This document shows positions 39,371 through 53,326 of a stretch of DNA of 64,000 nucleotides, piece after piece. Within the stretch, counting starts at the first letter, position 1. Each line of letters starts with the position of its first letter. Source of the DNA: Octopus sinensis (taxonomy: Eukaryota); assembly GCF_006345805.1 (NCBI RefSeq), contig NC_043001.1, positions 125,302,001 through 125,366,000 of the forward strand, given 5' to 3'. A model generated the notes under the pieces. That model was not told the origin of the DNA and did no database searches. It was given only the letters and a program-made list of their open reading frames with translations. The translations under genes and the position numbers were made by a program.

Positions 39371-40904
39371 TTTTTTTTCTGTTTGAGAGCGCGTACAAAG
39401 AATACGCTGTAAAATGGAGTGTCACTGATCCAAATTATACGTTTTTCACCTCATAATGGATCGCCATCTAGTCTATATAATAAATATATGCGTGTTGCGG
39501 TCTCGAGCCACCGAATACATCAAGAAATACATTTGAGCCAGTAGGATGCGAGCGAATTGTTACATGATTTTTGAGAGGAAATCAACCTTTATCTTCTGCA
39601 CAGAAGAAAAATTCCAAGAAAAAAAAAAAATATTGGTGGAATACTGGAATTGCAACAACGCAATCTAACACACATAGCAATGGATTTTAAAAGGAAATTT
39701 GAATCAATGAATTACAGGGAAAAAATACTTATTTCTTTTTTGACGTCGAAAGAATTTTTAGTTTTTAGGAGAGAGCATGAAATTTTGGAACAATGGATCT
39801 CGAAGCATATGAGGATGTAAATAGTAGCATATAAATACTGATTTCAAATTTTGGCACAAAGCCAGCAATTTAACAGGAGGGGTTAAGTCGATTACATCGT
39901 CACTAGAGCTCAACTGGTATTTATTTCATCGGCCCTGAAAGAATGAAAGGCAAAGTCGACTCCAGCATAATTTGAACTCAGAATGTAAAGACTGATGAAA
40001 TACCACTAAGTATCTTGCCCGACGGGCGAACGATTCTGGCAGCTCGTCGCCTTTAATAGCATGTAAATATTTGGTTGAAAAACCATTTTGGATAGAAAAA
40101 ATCGAAGACTGCCGGTAAGACTAGAACTCACACCTCCTGTCGACAAGACGGGCATTCTACCATTAGACCAATCCTTCGAATTTGTCTATCCATTTTAGAA
40201 ACTTTATTCTTAGCAGAATAAGTGGATTCGAGCCCGATGGGCAGCCTTCGACATTTTGTCCTATTCAAAAATGATTTTTTTTTTCAATTTACAGGCTGAC
40301 AGCGAGCTGGCAAAATGCTCAGCAGCTTTCCGCCCATCTTTAAGTTCTGAGTTCAAAAACCGCCGAAGTCGACTTTACCTTTCATTTTTTTTCGAGGTCG
40401 ATAAAATAAGTACCTAGCTGAGCACTAGGGTCGCTGTGATCGACTTTTCCACCCTTGTGCCAAATTAAGAAAGTATTCTTTATATTTTTAAGTGCTTCGA
40501 GATCCACTGTGCCAAAGAAAAACTGATTTTTGTTTTTAATGAGCAGAAGAACTCATCTTGTTATAGGGGCGTGGTTTCATCCGGTGCATGGGGATATAGC
40601 AGAAACTAAAGAAGAAGCTGTGTTGTTATACTATGAAGCAATCTATAAGATATTTAAATCTAAAGTTTGTTATATTCGCCTGGATTATATATTTACCATC
40701 AAATACCACATGATGTTATAGAACTGAAGGTTTGGTTTACAAATACAGGAATTAATAAAACAACAGCAGCAGCGATAAAGGCCTCTGACTTAGACACCAG
40801 GTCATGTTTACTTGAGCGGGACTTGAACTTAGAACGCAACGAATCGGAAGAAATACTGCCAGCCATTTTCAGACGCGTTAACAATTCTGTCATTTCACTG
40901 CCTT

Positions 40905-40947
<43 letters not shown>

Positions 40948-41015
40948 GCAGTAGCAACAACAACAACAACAGCAGCAGCAGTAACAACACAACAACAGCA
41001 GCAGCAGCAGAAGCA

Positions 41016-41063
<48 letters not shown>

Positions 41064-41265
41064 ACAACAGCAACAACAACAGCAGCAGCAGCAGAAGCAA
41101 CAGCAACAGCAACAACAACAGCAACAACAACAACAGCAGCAGCAACAACAACAACAACAGCAACAACAACAGCAGCAGCAGCAGCAACAGCAGCAACAAC
41201 AACAACAGCAGCAGCAGCAGCAACAACAGCAGCAGCAGCAACAACAACTACAACAACAACAACAA
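40905..41265. repeat. (CAA)n/(CAG)n compound microsatellite
   Basis: Direct reading. Confidence 0.95.
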
Positions 41266-41267
41266 CC

Positions 41268-42545
41268 GAACAAGTATGCGATGTTAATGAAACTACACTT
41301 TCTAGAAACGCATGCCTGCTAGAACTTTTATAACCGGAGATAAAAAAAAAAGAAACAAAAGCAGGGTTTAAAGCTTCCAAAAATCATCTGGTGTTTTTTT
41401 TCGAAGAAAAGCTGCTGGCGATATGAAATGTAAACCCTTAACCGGGTATCGCTCCAAAAATCCAAGGGTGTTAAAGTGTTATGCAAGTTTAATCTACCTC
41501 TGATTTGGTGTTCAAATAAGAAGGCAAAGGTGGCTAACAGCTGTTTCGAAGAGTGGTCTACACATATTTTTGTCCTGCTGTTGAAAGGTACAATGCCAGG
41601 CATAATATTTCCTACAAAACATTACCCCTTTTAAACAATGCACCAAGCCACCCTGTGAACTTAAATGAGCTTTTTGGTAATGTGAGAGCAGAATATATCG
41701 CCAAGAACACATTCTTTGCTCCAACCGATGGACCAAAGTGTGATAGCTTACTTCAAGATATATTATCTGAGAAGAATTTTAAATAATTTATGAAAGCAAC
41801 TGAGACCTTTTTTTATCTTTCCCTTGTTGCAGTCATGAGACTGCGGCCATGCTAGGAGACAGCCTTGAAGAATTTTAGTCCAATGAATGGACGCCGGTGC
41901 TTATTTTGTTTTTCTTCTTCTTTAAGCGAGGTATTTATTCTATCGGTCTCTTTGTCGAACCGATAAATCACGAGGACGTAAACACACCAACACCGGTTGT
42001 CAAGAGTTGCTGGGGGACAAACGCTGACATATAGGTAGACGCGCGCCGCGCATAAACGACGGTTTTCTTTCAGCTCCCGTCTACCAAACCCACTCCCAAC
42101 ATTTTGGTCGGTCTGAGGCTATAGAACATACTTTCCTAAGGTGCTACGCGATGGGATTGAACCGGAAACTATGTGGTTGGAAAGCAAGCTTCTTACCACA
42201 CAGCTACGCTTGCTATGTTGCCTAAACTTACAGTTAGAAACTCCTGGAAGAAGTTCAACGTGATGGAGGGCATGGATAAAACAACTAAGTCATGGGATGA
42301 AGCGAAATCTTCAAATTTGAATGGTACTTGGAAAATATATGGTGTTAGTAAATGCAGCTTTTTCACAAGCAGAATGTCTACTTGAAAGGACATTGTGTCC
42401 ACATCCGAAAGGTATTGTGATATTTGCAAATGATGCTGGACTGGAAGAAGTCCTAGAGGATGACGTGGTTGAGTTCTTAGTGTTGGAGTATTCTATACAG
42501 GAAGTTTATCTAAGAGCTGACACTGCTTGAATGAGAGCAGAAATA
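41268..42545 (+). pseudogene. Decayed pogo/Tigger DDE transposase, split by a SINE A (41815-42210)
   Basis: Frameshifted segments EQVCDVNET, AGFKASKN, YRSKNPRVLK, LPLLNNAPSHP (DNAPGHP-like), QPMDQSVIAYFKIYYLRR; after the SINE, RNSWKKFNVMEG...SWDEAKSSNLNGTWK and AGLEEVLEDDVVEFL. Confidence 0.85.
41815..42210 (-). mobile_element. SINE family A, diverged
   Basis: Reverse-complement match; interrupts the Tigger relic. Confidence 0.8.
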
Positions 42546-43003
42546 CCACTTAAATTGATTGCAAACAAAATTGCTCTTATAGATATTGGTTAGCAAGTCT
42601 TGCTAATAACGACCCTAATTGTTAATGTAACATAAAAATGACAAAAGTTTACAATGAATTCAATTCCTACATCGAGACAAAGAAATGATGCACCACTAAC
42701 ATGAAACAATTTTGGCTACGTTCTTCGTCTTCCAGGTAGATGCTGATAATGATGAACTATTAGCTAAAAGATAATGTTCCTCATCCTCCCAGAAGCTCCA
42801 TATTCCCAGAAGAACGTACACTATTTCGTACATTACGATTTGTATTTATTCCCTGATGTATTTCCCTCGAAATGCTTTCATGTATGCATATTGCATAGTA
42901 TATGTTTAAAAAATTGTTATTTCCATGCATAAAAGTGGTCGTATTACTTATTTTTGGTGTTGTCGTGATTTTTGAAAAAGAAGACAAAAAAAAAGAATCC
43001 TCC

Positions 43004-43400
43004 AGGCAGGAGTGGCTGTGTGGTAAGTAGCTTGCTAACCAACCACATGGTTCCGGGTTCAGTCCCACTGCGTGGCATCTTGGGCAAGTGTCTTCTGCTA
43101 TAGCCCCGGGCCGACCAATGCCTTGTGAGTGGATTTGGTAGACGGAAACTGAAAGAAGCCTGTCGTATATATGTATATATATATGTGTGTTTGTCCCCCT
43201 AGCATTGCTTGACAACCGATGCTGGTGTGTTTACGTCCCCGTCACTTAGCGGTTCGGCAAAAGAGACCGATAGAATAAGTACTGGACTTACAAAGAATAA
43301 GTCCCGGGGTCGATTTGCTCGACTAAAGGCGGTGCTCCAGCATGGCCGCAGTCAAATGACTGAAACAAGTAAAAGAGAGTAAAAAGAGTAAAAGAGTAAG
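43004..43400 (+). mobile_element. SINE family A, young full-length copy
   Basis: Near-identical to 1806-2228. Confidence 0.9.
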
Positions 43401-44329
43401 GTATTCTATTTTTATAACATGAAAATCAATGGGAAATTAATTTCGCGTTACAGAAACTCTTGATGGCCAGATTTTCAGGAACTTGTTACTTCCGTAATGT
43501 GAGAATTCCTGTACTTATTGATTCTTGAAGAATCTGACGAGAGCTTTGTTAGAAAGGTATTGTCCTATCCCCAACCCTTACAACTACATCTACCACAAAA
43601 GGTATTTTTTTTCCATAGCCATCAGACAAATGAAAAGTGTTTGTGTCTTCTTGTATCAAGCGTAGGGAGATGATATTTGCAAGAGACTCTCGCCCAACAG
43701 AGATGGATCCTACGTGTGGCAACAACGATAATAATCGTGGTAGTGCCGATATTGATTTCATAATTTAATAATACTTTTAGTAATTAATGGTGTTTTCCTA
43801 CAACTGGCATAAAAGCCCGAATTTATATGAGAGCGAATTGTTGATGATGGAATTTCTTGTATTCAACATCCTCAAATGATGTTTATTATTGGATCTGACA
43901 GAATCGTAACCTCGCTGGAGAAACCACTTAATAGTATTTCTTCCGGGTCTTTACATTTTAAGTTCAAATACTGCCGGGATCGACTTTGCCTACTTACCAC
44001 ACGGCCACTCCAACGCCTACGCTATTTAATATTGTTTAAGGTGGTGAATTGACAGTCGTTAGCGCTTCGGATCGAATATCTGGTGGTATTCGTTCCAGCT
44101 CTCGGCACTTTAAGTTCAAGTATCGCTTTTCATCCTTTCGTGGTTGATTAATAAAGTACTAATCAAATGCTGGGGATCTCTTTTTCTCTCTTCCATTCTC
44201 TCTCACTCACTCGCCCTTTCCCTCCTTCCCCTCATTCTGTCTGACTATCTAACTGTGTGGCTACTTCTACTCTTTCAGTTCGTTTGTCCTTCTCCCCCCT
44301 CTCTCTCACCCTCTTACTCTCTCTCTCAA

Positions 44330-44360
<31 letters not shown>

Positions 44361-44498
44361 GGGAAGAAATATCAGAATCAAACTTAGAGAGAGAGAGATA
44401 GACTACGCTAAGTTTATAACGATCAAGTAAAGCTGTATGTCTCGATGGCGTCCCTACAAATCCATCAAAGAGTTGAGGGCCCAAGAAAAAAAAAAAAG

Positions 44499-45307
44499 GA
44501 ACCCGTCCAGAATACAATTTACCCGATCGCACGCTAGACTTCACCATAACGATAAACGCACGTGCGGTCGAGTCGATTGTACTCGCTGTTATAATTCAAG
44601 TGCCCCTGTCATCACCCGCCAAAATTCACGGAAACAAATACTACATCCAAAATTAAATGCAGCATAATTACAATCAACCGATAAGGGTGAGAAAATTGGG
44701 TACTAATTTAATAGCACATTTATTTACCACCAAGTGGCTTAGTGCATAAAAAACCCGGATTACGACACATTTTATACATAAATATAAGTGAGTGACCACC
44801 ATGTGGTCTACTCTAGCACTAAAATGGATGTAGTATTTGTTTCCGTGAATTTTGGCGGGCGATGACAGGGGCACTTGAATTATAACAGCGAGTACAATTG
44901 ACTCGATCGCACGTGCGTTTATCGTTATGGTGAAGTCTAGCGTGCGATAGGGTAAATTGTATTCTGGACGGGTTCGGCTGAGGAGCTACAGATAAATTTA
45001 TGTAAGTAAAACCACATAATTTATTAATAGCGAAACAATTGTCTCGAACTAATCTACATTTTGTTATGTTTATTTGCCCTGTTCATTTGCGCTGGTAGTA
45101 GTGCTAACTTTCAACGGAAACAATTTCTTTTGTGGCTGAAACCTTGCGGATCTATTTTTAGTACTAGAGTAGACCACATGGTGGTCACTCTCTTATATTT
45201 ATGTATAAAATGTGTCGTAATCCGGGTTTTTTATGCACTAAGCCACTTGGTGGTAAATGGATGTGCTATTAATTAGTACCCAAATTTTCCACCCTTATCG
45301 GTTGATT
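44499..45307. repeat. Interleaved inverted repeats A-B-A'-C-B'
   Basis: A 44499-44649 / A' 44825-44975 (151 bp, 4 mismatches); B 44672-44824 / B' 45156-45307. Confidence 0.92.
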
Positions 45308-45443
45308 ATATATATATATATATATATTATACAACATAATATAATATATATACATACACCACACACACACCACCACACACACACACATACACACCACACA
45401 CACACATATATATATATGTGTGTGTGTGTGTATATAGATATAT

Positions 45444-46246
45444 AGGCGGGTTTCTTTCAGTTTCCGTCTATTAAATCCACCCACAAAGCTTTGGTCGGCC
45501 TGAGGCTATTGTAGAAGACATTTGTCCAAGATAACACGCAGCGGAACTGAACCCGGAACGATGTGGTTGAGAAGCGAGCCTCTTACCACACAGCCACGCC
45601 TATGTTATATAGTTATATATCTGTGTGTGTGTGTGTAGGAATTTGAAAGGAAAATAAAGGAAGCTTCTAACAATGCAGAAAGTTTTACAAAGCACCCCTT
45701 ATATTTCGGGTGCAAAACCCATCTTCAGGGCGAAGCAGCCAAAGGACTGTATACTTACATCGATTTCGTTATTTTATTTTAAACTTTTCAGCGCTTGGGT
45801 TAGCAGCAGCAGCAACTCTCCAACTCTCCATATATATACTCTTTTACTCTTCTACTTGTTTCAGTCATTTGACTGCGGCCATGCTGGAGCACCGCCTTTA
45901 GTCGAGCAAATCGACCCCGGGACTTATTCTTAGTAAGCCCAGTACTTATTCTATCGGTCTCTTTTGCCGAACCGCTAAGTGACGGGGACGTAACACACCA
46001 GCATCGGTTGTCAAGCAATGCTAGGGAGACAAACACAGACACCACACACACACAATATATAATTAATATATATACATATATATACGACAGCTTCTTTCAG
46101 TTTCCGTCTACCAAATCCACTCACAAGGCATTGGTCGGCCCGGGGCTATAGCAGAAGACACTTGCCCAAGATGCCACGCAGTGGGACTGAACCCAGAACC
46201 ATGTGGTTGGTAAGCAAGCTACTTACCACACAGCCACTCCTGCGCC
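45444..46246 (-). mobile_element. Two SINE family A copies (5' half at 45444-45600; full length at 45839-46246)
   Basis: Reverse-complement matches. Confidence 0.88.
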
Positions 46247-46425
46247 TATATATATATATAGAATTCTTTTAACCCGAATAAGACATTGCAAGTGAGAATT
46301 GTCAAGTGTCTGCAGCAAATAATAAATCCTAATCAAGTTGTTCTATGAAACCTGATAAAAGTTTTAGAGAATAATATAAATAGTTCCTTTTAATTTCAGA
46401 AACACAAACACAAACACAAACGCAT

Positions 46426-46506
<81 letters not shown>

Positions 46507-47013
46507 ACACACACACATACTTATACACATGAAAATAGCACATTTGCAAACATCCACATACATATAAACACGCAAATACACACGTGTACACGCGCAACAT
46601 CCACACGTACGCATATGCACACACACACACATACATCAATAGAAATACACACACAACACACACACGCATACACACAGACATAAAAATACCCATATGCACA
46701 CACATCCAAACACACATCAATATACACATACATCAATAGAAATATCCACACACATACACACATACACACGAGAATATACACATGCACACACATATCCACA
46801 CACACACACACATACACCAATAAATACATCCATACACACACGCACACACACACACACAAACGAAATAACACATATGCACACATCCGCACACACATAATCG
46901 CATAGCCTCATAAAAATTAACATCCGCACAAATACACACACCAGTAGACATATCCATACACATCTGCGCACACACTCACAAGATAATACACACACACCAC
47001 ACACCACAACACA

Positions 47014-47053
<40 letters not shown>

Positions 47054-47154
47054 ACACCACACACACACACATAATCTACTCTGCTCATGTACACGCGAAT
47101 ACCCAAAACACATCAGAATTTCACTCTAAAATACGTTTTCTCACTTAATCGCGC

Positions 47155-47881
47155 ACAAGTTCTCTCTCCTCTTTAACTCTCCCCCGCTCTTCCCTGTTCT
47201 TCCTCTTTAACTCTACCCTCCCTATCTCTTTCTCTTTACTTTCTCTATCAGTCTCTCCCTCGCTCTTCCTCTTTAACTCTCCCCCGCTCTTCCCTGTTCT
47301 TCCTCTTTAACTCTCCCCCTCCCTCTCTCTTTCTCTTTACTCTCTCTTTCAGTCTCTCCCTCGTTCTTCCTCTTTAAACTGCCCCCGCCTCTTCTTTGTT
47401 GTTCTCCTCTTTAACTCTCCCTCCCTCTCTCTCCTCTTTACTCTATCAGTCTCTCCCTCGCTCTTCCTCTTTAACTCTCCCCCGCTCTTCCCTATTCTTC
47501 CTCTTTAACTCTCCCCCTCCCCCGCTCTCTCTCTTTACTCTCTCTATCAGTCTCTCCCTTGCTCTTCCTCTTTAAACCTATCTCAGTCTCTCTTTCTCTC
47601 TCTCGTCTCTCTCTTCCACTTTCTGCCTTTGTTTCTTTGTTTTCTGTCTCTATGTGTCTCTCTCTCCCTCTCTCTTTCATGCTCTTCCTCTTTAAATCTA
47701 TCTCGTCTCTCTCTTCCTCTCTCACTCTTTCTCCTTCTCTTTCTTTTTCTTGCTTTCTTTCTTCAGATCCCCCTCCTCTCTCTCTCTCTCTCTCTCTCCT
47801 TCCTGTCTCTATCTCTGACTTTTTCTCTGTGTCTGTCTGTCTATCAGTCTGTCCGTCTGTCCGTCAGTCTGTCTGTCTGTT

Positions 47882-47919
<38 letters not shown>

Positions 47920-48150
47920 TCTCTATCTTTCTCTTTCTCTCTCTCTCCCTCCCTCTCTCTCTCATTCCCGTGAATCTGTTGCCAACATATTGCTTCCTTC
48001 TAGTCACTTTCCATCCTTATTTCAAGCCAATACTCTTCTTCCCTTCCTCTAACCCCACCTCCGCTACTTCAACAATTCGTTACAGCTTCTCCTCTTACTC
48101 TTCTCCCTCTCCATCTCCCTCTCCCTCTTCTTCCTTGCATCTCTTTTCTT
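47155..48150. repeat. ~1-kb polypyrimidine tract with a CTCTTCCTCTTTAACTCTCC minisatellite
   Basis: cctctttaactct recurs about 8 times in 47168-47515, then (CT)n-rich sequence follows. Confidence 0.9.
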
Positions 48151-48701
48151 CTACTCACCAATAACAACAACGATAACATTACAGCAAAACAAAATTCACC
48201 ATATTCAAATTCTATTAAAATCTCTCAAGTAATTTTGCGTGTAAATACGTCAATTACATCAATTTAACGTAAATTGTTGTCTATCCACAACCACCACCAC
48301 CACCACCACCACCACCACCACCACCACCACGGCCACCATCACACCACAACCACCACACCACCACCACCACCACCACCACCACCACCACCACCAACCACCA
48401 CCACACACCACCACCACCACCACCACCACCACCACCACCACCACCACCAACCACCACCGCACAACCCCCACCACACCACCACAACCAACACCACACCACC
48501 ACACCACCACCACCACCACCACCACCACCACCACCACCACCACCACCACCACCGGTGCCACTGCTGCTTTCCAGCACTACAACTGTTGCCGTCGTCGCAA
48601 CACCTATCTATCTATCTATCTATCTAGCTATCTATCTATCTATCTTATCTATCTATATCATCCTATGTGTCTGTCTGTCACTCTATCTCTCTCTCTCACT
48701 C

Positions 48702-48781
<80 letters not shown>

Positions 48782-49125
48782 TATATATATATATATATAT
48801 ATGTAAATAAATGAAATAAAAAACAGGACGCAAAGATGTTGCGGTACATATGTTTCGGGCCTTTATAGAACAACTTATTCTTACATCAATGCATAATTCG
48901 ATATAACAGATAGTTCAAAAGCCTTCTTCGCGGGCCGCGTGCAATTGCCTACACAAGACTTGTATCACATTATAAAAGGTTTGAGAAAAAACATTTGGTA
49001 TTGTTTATAATGGTAGGTAAACCGAGTATCATTGGGAAAGTATGTTTGTAATCTTCATAGGGGTACATGGTATTATGAGACTCAAAAAAACAAATCGTCC
49101 ATACCGTTTTTTCACTTGATATAGA

Positions 49126-49159
<34 letters not shown>

Positions 49160-49164
49160 TATAT

Positions 49165-49217
<53 letters not shown>

Positions 49218-49220
<3 letters not shown>

Positions 49221-50010
49221 ATAAAACTTACTTGAAAATGGATGTGTGGCGCTCAATCATATAATAATATAAATAATATATATATGCATATATACATATA
49301 TACATGTACATATTTACATATATATGTATATACACATGCATATATGGGTACAGGACGTCAAAAAATGTAACCAACATAAAAAACAAGAACATGAAATGCA
49401 AAACGTGGAAAACGAGCTTTTTTTTACGAAACAAACAGAAAAACAAGACAAGCAACATAAAGAACAACCCCTTCATCAGTTATCCACTGTTTTATATACT
49501 CCGCATTTCGAGCATTAGGACAAGATGCGTCTTCGTCAACACAGTTGCTCTGGCAAAGCAAATTAAATAAAATTTGAGGTCTGCGGAGAGTCAAAGCTGG
49601 TAACAAAAACAGGACTGTGAAAACAATCGGTAAGGGCTGTTAAGCCATAACGAGGTGAAGTGGTGAAAGCTGGAGAAACAAGCTTTGACAAGAGACAGAC
49701 AAAATGCGTGCTATCCCTGTAGCTGAACGAGAAGAAAGAAATTCGAGTTAGGAAAAGGAAGATGGCCGCTGGTCATGTGTGAGCAACGAGAGTCAAGGAG
49801 GAAGAGTGAGTGAGAGAGAGGGACAGATAGAAAACGGTGAAGGAGAGGAGGAGAAGAATTAGAGAAAGGATAAGAGAGAAAAAAAGGGAGATAAAAAAGA
49901 ATATAGAAAGAGGAAGAGAGAAAGAGAAATAGTAATAGTGATAGAATTAGTGTCGCATCAGAATTATTAAGATAAAACTTACTTGGAAATGGATTCGTGG
50001 CGTTTAGTCA
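49218..50010 (-). mobile_element. Penelope-like terminal repeat remnant in partial tandem arrangement
   Basis: aaaacttacttg(a/g)aaatggat...tcatataataatat occurs at ~49223 and ~49975; rc contains ttgacgaaga...gctcgaaatgcggagt and aactgatgaagggg; homologous to 6920-7680. Confidence 0.55.
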
Positions 50011-50025
50011 TATAATAATATACAC

Positions 50026-50093
<68 letters not shown>

Positions 50094-50237
50094 TTATATA
50101 TATATATATATATGCATGTAAAAGCTTAAATATGTGAAATATGATCACCGTTATAAACAGCAAAAATAAGGTGGCTAGCAAGACTTCTACCTATACAGGT
50201 ACAATATAAAATAATTTAAGAAAAAAAGGGTAAAACT

Positions 50238-50595
50238 ACTGCTTGCTAAAAGTCAAAGCGACAGCTTCAAAAACCCACCAGTCGTACGATAAATATACAC
50301 ACGAGGAATGCAATGAACATTTTAAAAAATAGGTTTACCTTCAAAATGGAAAACGAAGATAAATAATACGTATTTTAGAAATAGATGTCAAATATTATTT
50401 TCAACCGATGATTGCAGAGCATGTTTGTCATGCAAAGCATGAAATCAATTGGTTTTGGGATATGTGTTATTTATCTTCGTATTCCATTCTGAAGGTAAGC
50501 CTATTTTTTAAAATGTTCATTGCATTGCTCGCGTGTATATATATCGTAAGATTGGTGGTTTTTTGAAGCTGTCGCTTTGAAATTTAGCAAGCGGT
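50238..50595. repeat. Diverged ~135-bp inverted repeat with an ~88-bp spacer (old MITE-like foldback)
   Basis: 50238-50372 pairs with 50461-50595 with scattered mismatches. Confidence 0.85.
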
Positions 50596-50715
50596 ATTTT
50601 TATCCTTCTTTTTGTTCAATTATTTTATATGTGCATATATACATACATACATACATACATACATACATACATACATACATACATACATACACACATACAC
50701 GTACATATACATACT

Positions 50716-50778
<63 letters not shown>

Positions 50779-50779
50779 T

Positions 50780-50920
50780 TCTGTGTTCCCTTCTGTTGGA
50801 GAGCGTAGGCTCGAAACGTAAAAGACTTTCTCACTTCCCGAGCGTTAAACTAATATATCTGTTTGCTGTTTACACACCCGTCTTCGTCTTTTGCTTTGTT
50901 TATTTTTTATAAATTCCAAC
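50780..50920 (+). mobile_element. Penelope-derived repeat with a degenerate hammerhead-like motif
   Basis: ccttctgttggagagcgtaggctcgaaacgtaaaagac; same family as 7698 and 31742. Confidence 0.6.
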
Positions 50921-52014
50921 TGTATGTATGTATGTATGTATGTATGTATGTATGTATGTATGTATGTATGTGTATGTATATGTGTTGTGTATGGGTTTTT
51001 AAATTCTTTGGAATTACGCTCCGCACATATACAGAATGAGAAGTAAGATGAGGATTCCGATAGAATCAGGTACTTGAAAAGGTATGCACCACGTAGAGTT
51101 GGGTAACGTCTGTGATTCCGGCCTATGCCTGGTGAGAGTCGAAATATCAGATAGGATGTGCGTGTACACAGAAAAAAAAAACAATCCTATGAGTATTTAG
51201 CGCCTAAGGGGCTGGTCCAGTGTAACTTTGAGTAGCACGTTGTTGATATACTCTACGGTGTCCGACAAGTCGTAAATCCCTTGGTGTATTGTAATCAAAT
51301 GAAGAATAACATACGATGGATAATTATCAGTTTCTTACAGCTGTTTCATACGTAACTTATGATAGAATTAGAACATTACATCATTATAAAAGACCGTAAT
51401 CATCAGATGAAAAGTAATTTTACAAATTAAAAGACTATCCAGGAATACAGCAGGGACATGTCTGTCGAGGCCGGCGCTGAATGGGAGAATGAACAACTAT
51501 GTTGAGAGTTTAGGTTAAGAATGTTGTTTGTTGTTTAGGTTAAGAAAGTGTGTAACTTGATATCTAAGATCAGTGACTCAGATGAGAAGGAGTCTGCTGG
51601 ACTAGATAATGGATAGACTGGAGTAGGTTGTAGGAGAACATTTATTACGGTAAGTTATGTGTTGTGGTAAGGAGGGGTCATAAAACGATTAAGGATAAGG
51701 AAGAAAAGAGAAAGGAAAATAAAAATAAAATAGAAATAAAAATAAAGGCATACGTCTATTGTCGAAGATGGATTAGCACAACCAGTTAGCGCTTTCTGTG
51801 AAAAAGGCGGTGGAACGAAAAAGGGGACAATAGAGAGCAGTCAACATATTCCCTTCCATATCGGCTAACTCTGATGAGCGTAAAGTTATAAAATCGGTTT
51901 GTTACATAACTCTGCATTGTATTCTTTATGCAAAACCGATTAGTAAGACCAGCCGTGATGGATATTTAATACTATACATTTCAGATAATAAATGTATGTA
52001 TGTATAATATATAC

Positions 52015-52234
52015 GGCAGAAACGTTAGCACGCCGGGCGAAATGCGTAGCCGTATTTCGTCTGTCGTTACGTTCCGAGTTCAAATTCCGCCGAGGTCGAC
52101 TTTGCCTTTCATCCTCTCGGGGTCGATAAATTAAGTACCAGTTACGCACTGGGGTCTATGTAAGGGACTTAATACGTTTGTCTGTCCTTGTTTGTCCCCT
52201 CTGTGTTTAGCCCCTTGTGGGTAGTAAAGAAATA
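52015..52234 (+). mobile_element. SINE family N monomer
   Basis: Match to 11089-11322. Confidence 0.88.
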
Positions 52235-52269
52235 AATATATACATGTGTGTGTATGTGTGTGTTATGTG

Positions 52270-52310
<41 letters not shown>

Positions 52311-52723
52311 TGTGGTGTGTGTTTGTATGTAAGCATTTATGAGCAGTTTTGATGAAGATAAGACACAACTGTACTGAAACAAAGCCCCAGATTTGAGAAG
52401 GTAATTTTACTGGATGAGTTCAATAAATTCTTGGTTGGAACGGATTGACAAATGTGATAATCTCTTGGTTGTCTTCAAATAAATGAGTTGAATGACAGAA
52501 GTCTCATACTGCTACGTTATGAAGAATATGGTCTGAAAATTGCCAGCACTCACTTTACACGTAAAGGGAGTCATACAACGACATGGATGCTTTAGAAATC
52601 CATGTCTTGGCACTTGCTAGGATCATGTAATCATTCGGAAGCCATTAATATCCACCGCCGCTACCACCACCACCACCACCACCACCACCACCACCTACTA
52701 CTACTACTACCACCACCACCACC

Positions 52724-52764
<41 letters not shown>

Positions 52765-53326
52765 CACTACTACAATAACAACAACAACGCCAACACTGTC
52801 ACTATCTCCACGACGATGACGACGACGACGACGACGACGACGACCACCACCACCACCCACAAGCACCACCATCGCTACCATTGTAATGGCAAGTCTTTTC
52901 GTAGCTCTGTACTTAACAGATCATTGATTGGTCGCGAGCAAAGTCGCCGAGGGCGAGTAGGATGAGAGAGAGAGGAGGAACCACTTAAAATTTCTCGGCG
53001 TTTGAAAGGCTTTAAGATATATGATCGTGTAGTGGGAGAGAGATCTTGGAAATCCTTTATCAATCAAGGAATATATAACGACAGCTTTGTAAGAGTTTCA
53101 AAATTAGACAATCATTAGGATAATTTAATGAAAATGACGTCAAGATTCAGAGGTTCTTATCTACAAAGTGAAATACTTACAGTGCGTTACGAAACAGAGA
53201 GCAATGAAATGAGCAGAGCTTGTTTATTATGAGATCATAAATTCCAACAGCAGCAATCGCTCACGAGGGTACCGAACACATGATGGGAGATGGTGGATTT
53301 TGTTTGTAATATTTAAGCTGCAAATG

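Noticed and set aside
40905-41265. PolyQ coding tract
   Set aside because: The Q frame is preceded immediately by TAA (cct taa caa), and the tract runs straight into a transposase relic.
51862-51945. Hammerhead-like ctgatga-gcgtaaag...ctttatgc-aaaac
   Set aside because: The essential GAAA reads AAAA and helix I does not pair; at best a dead relic.
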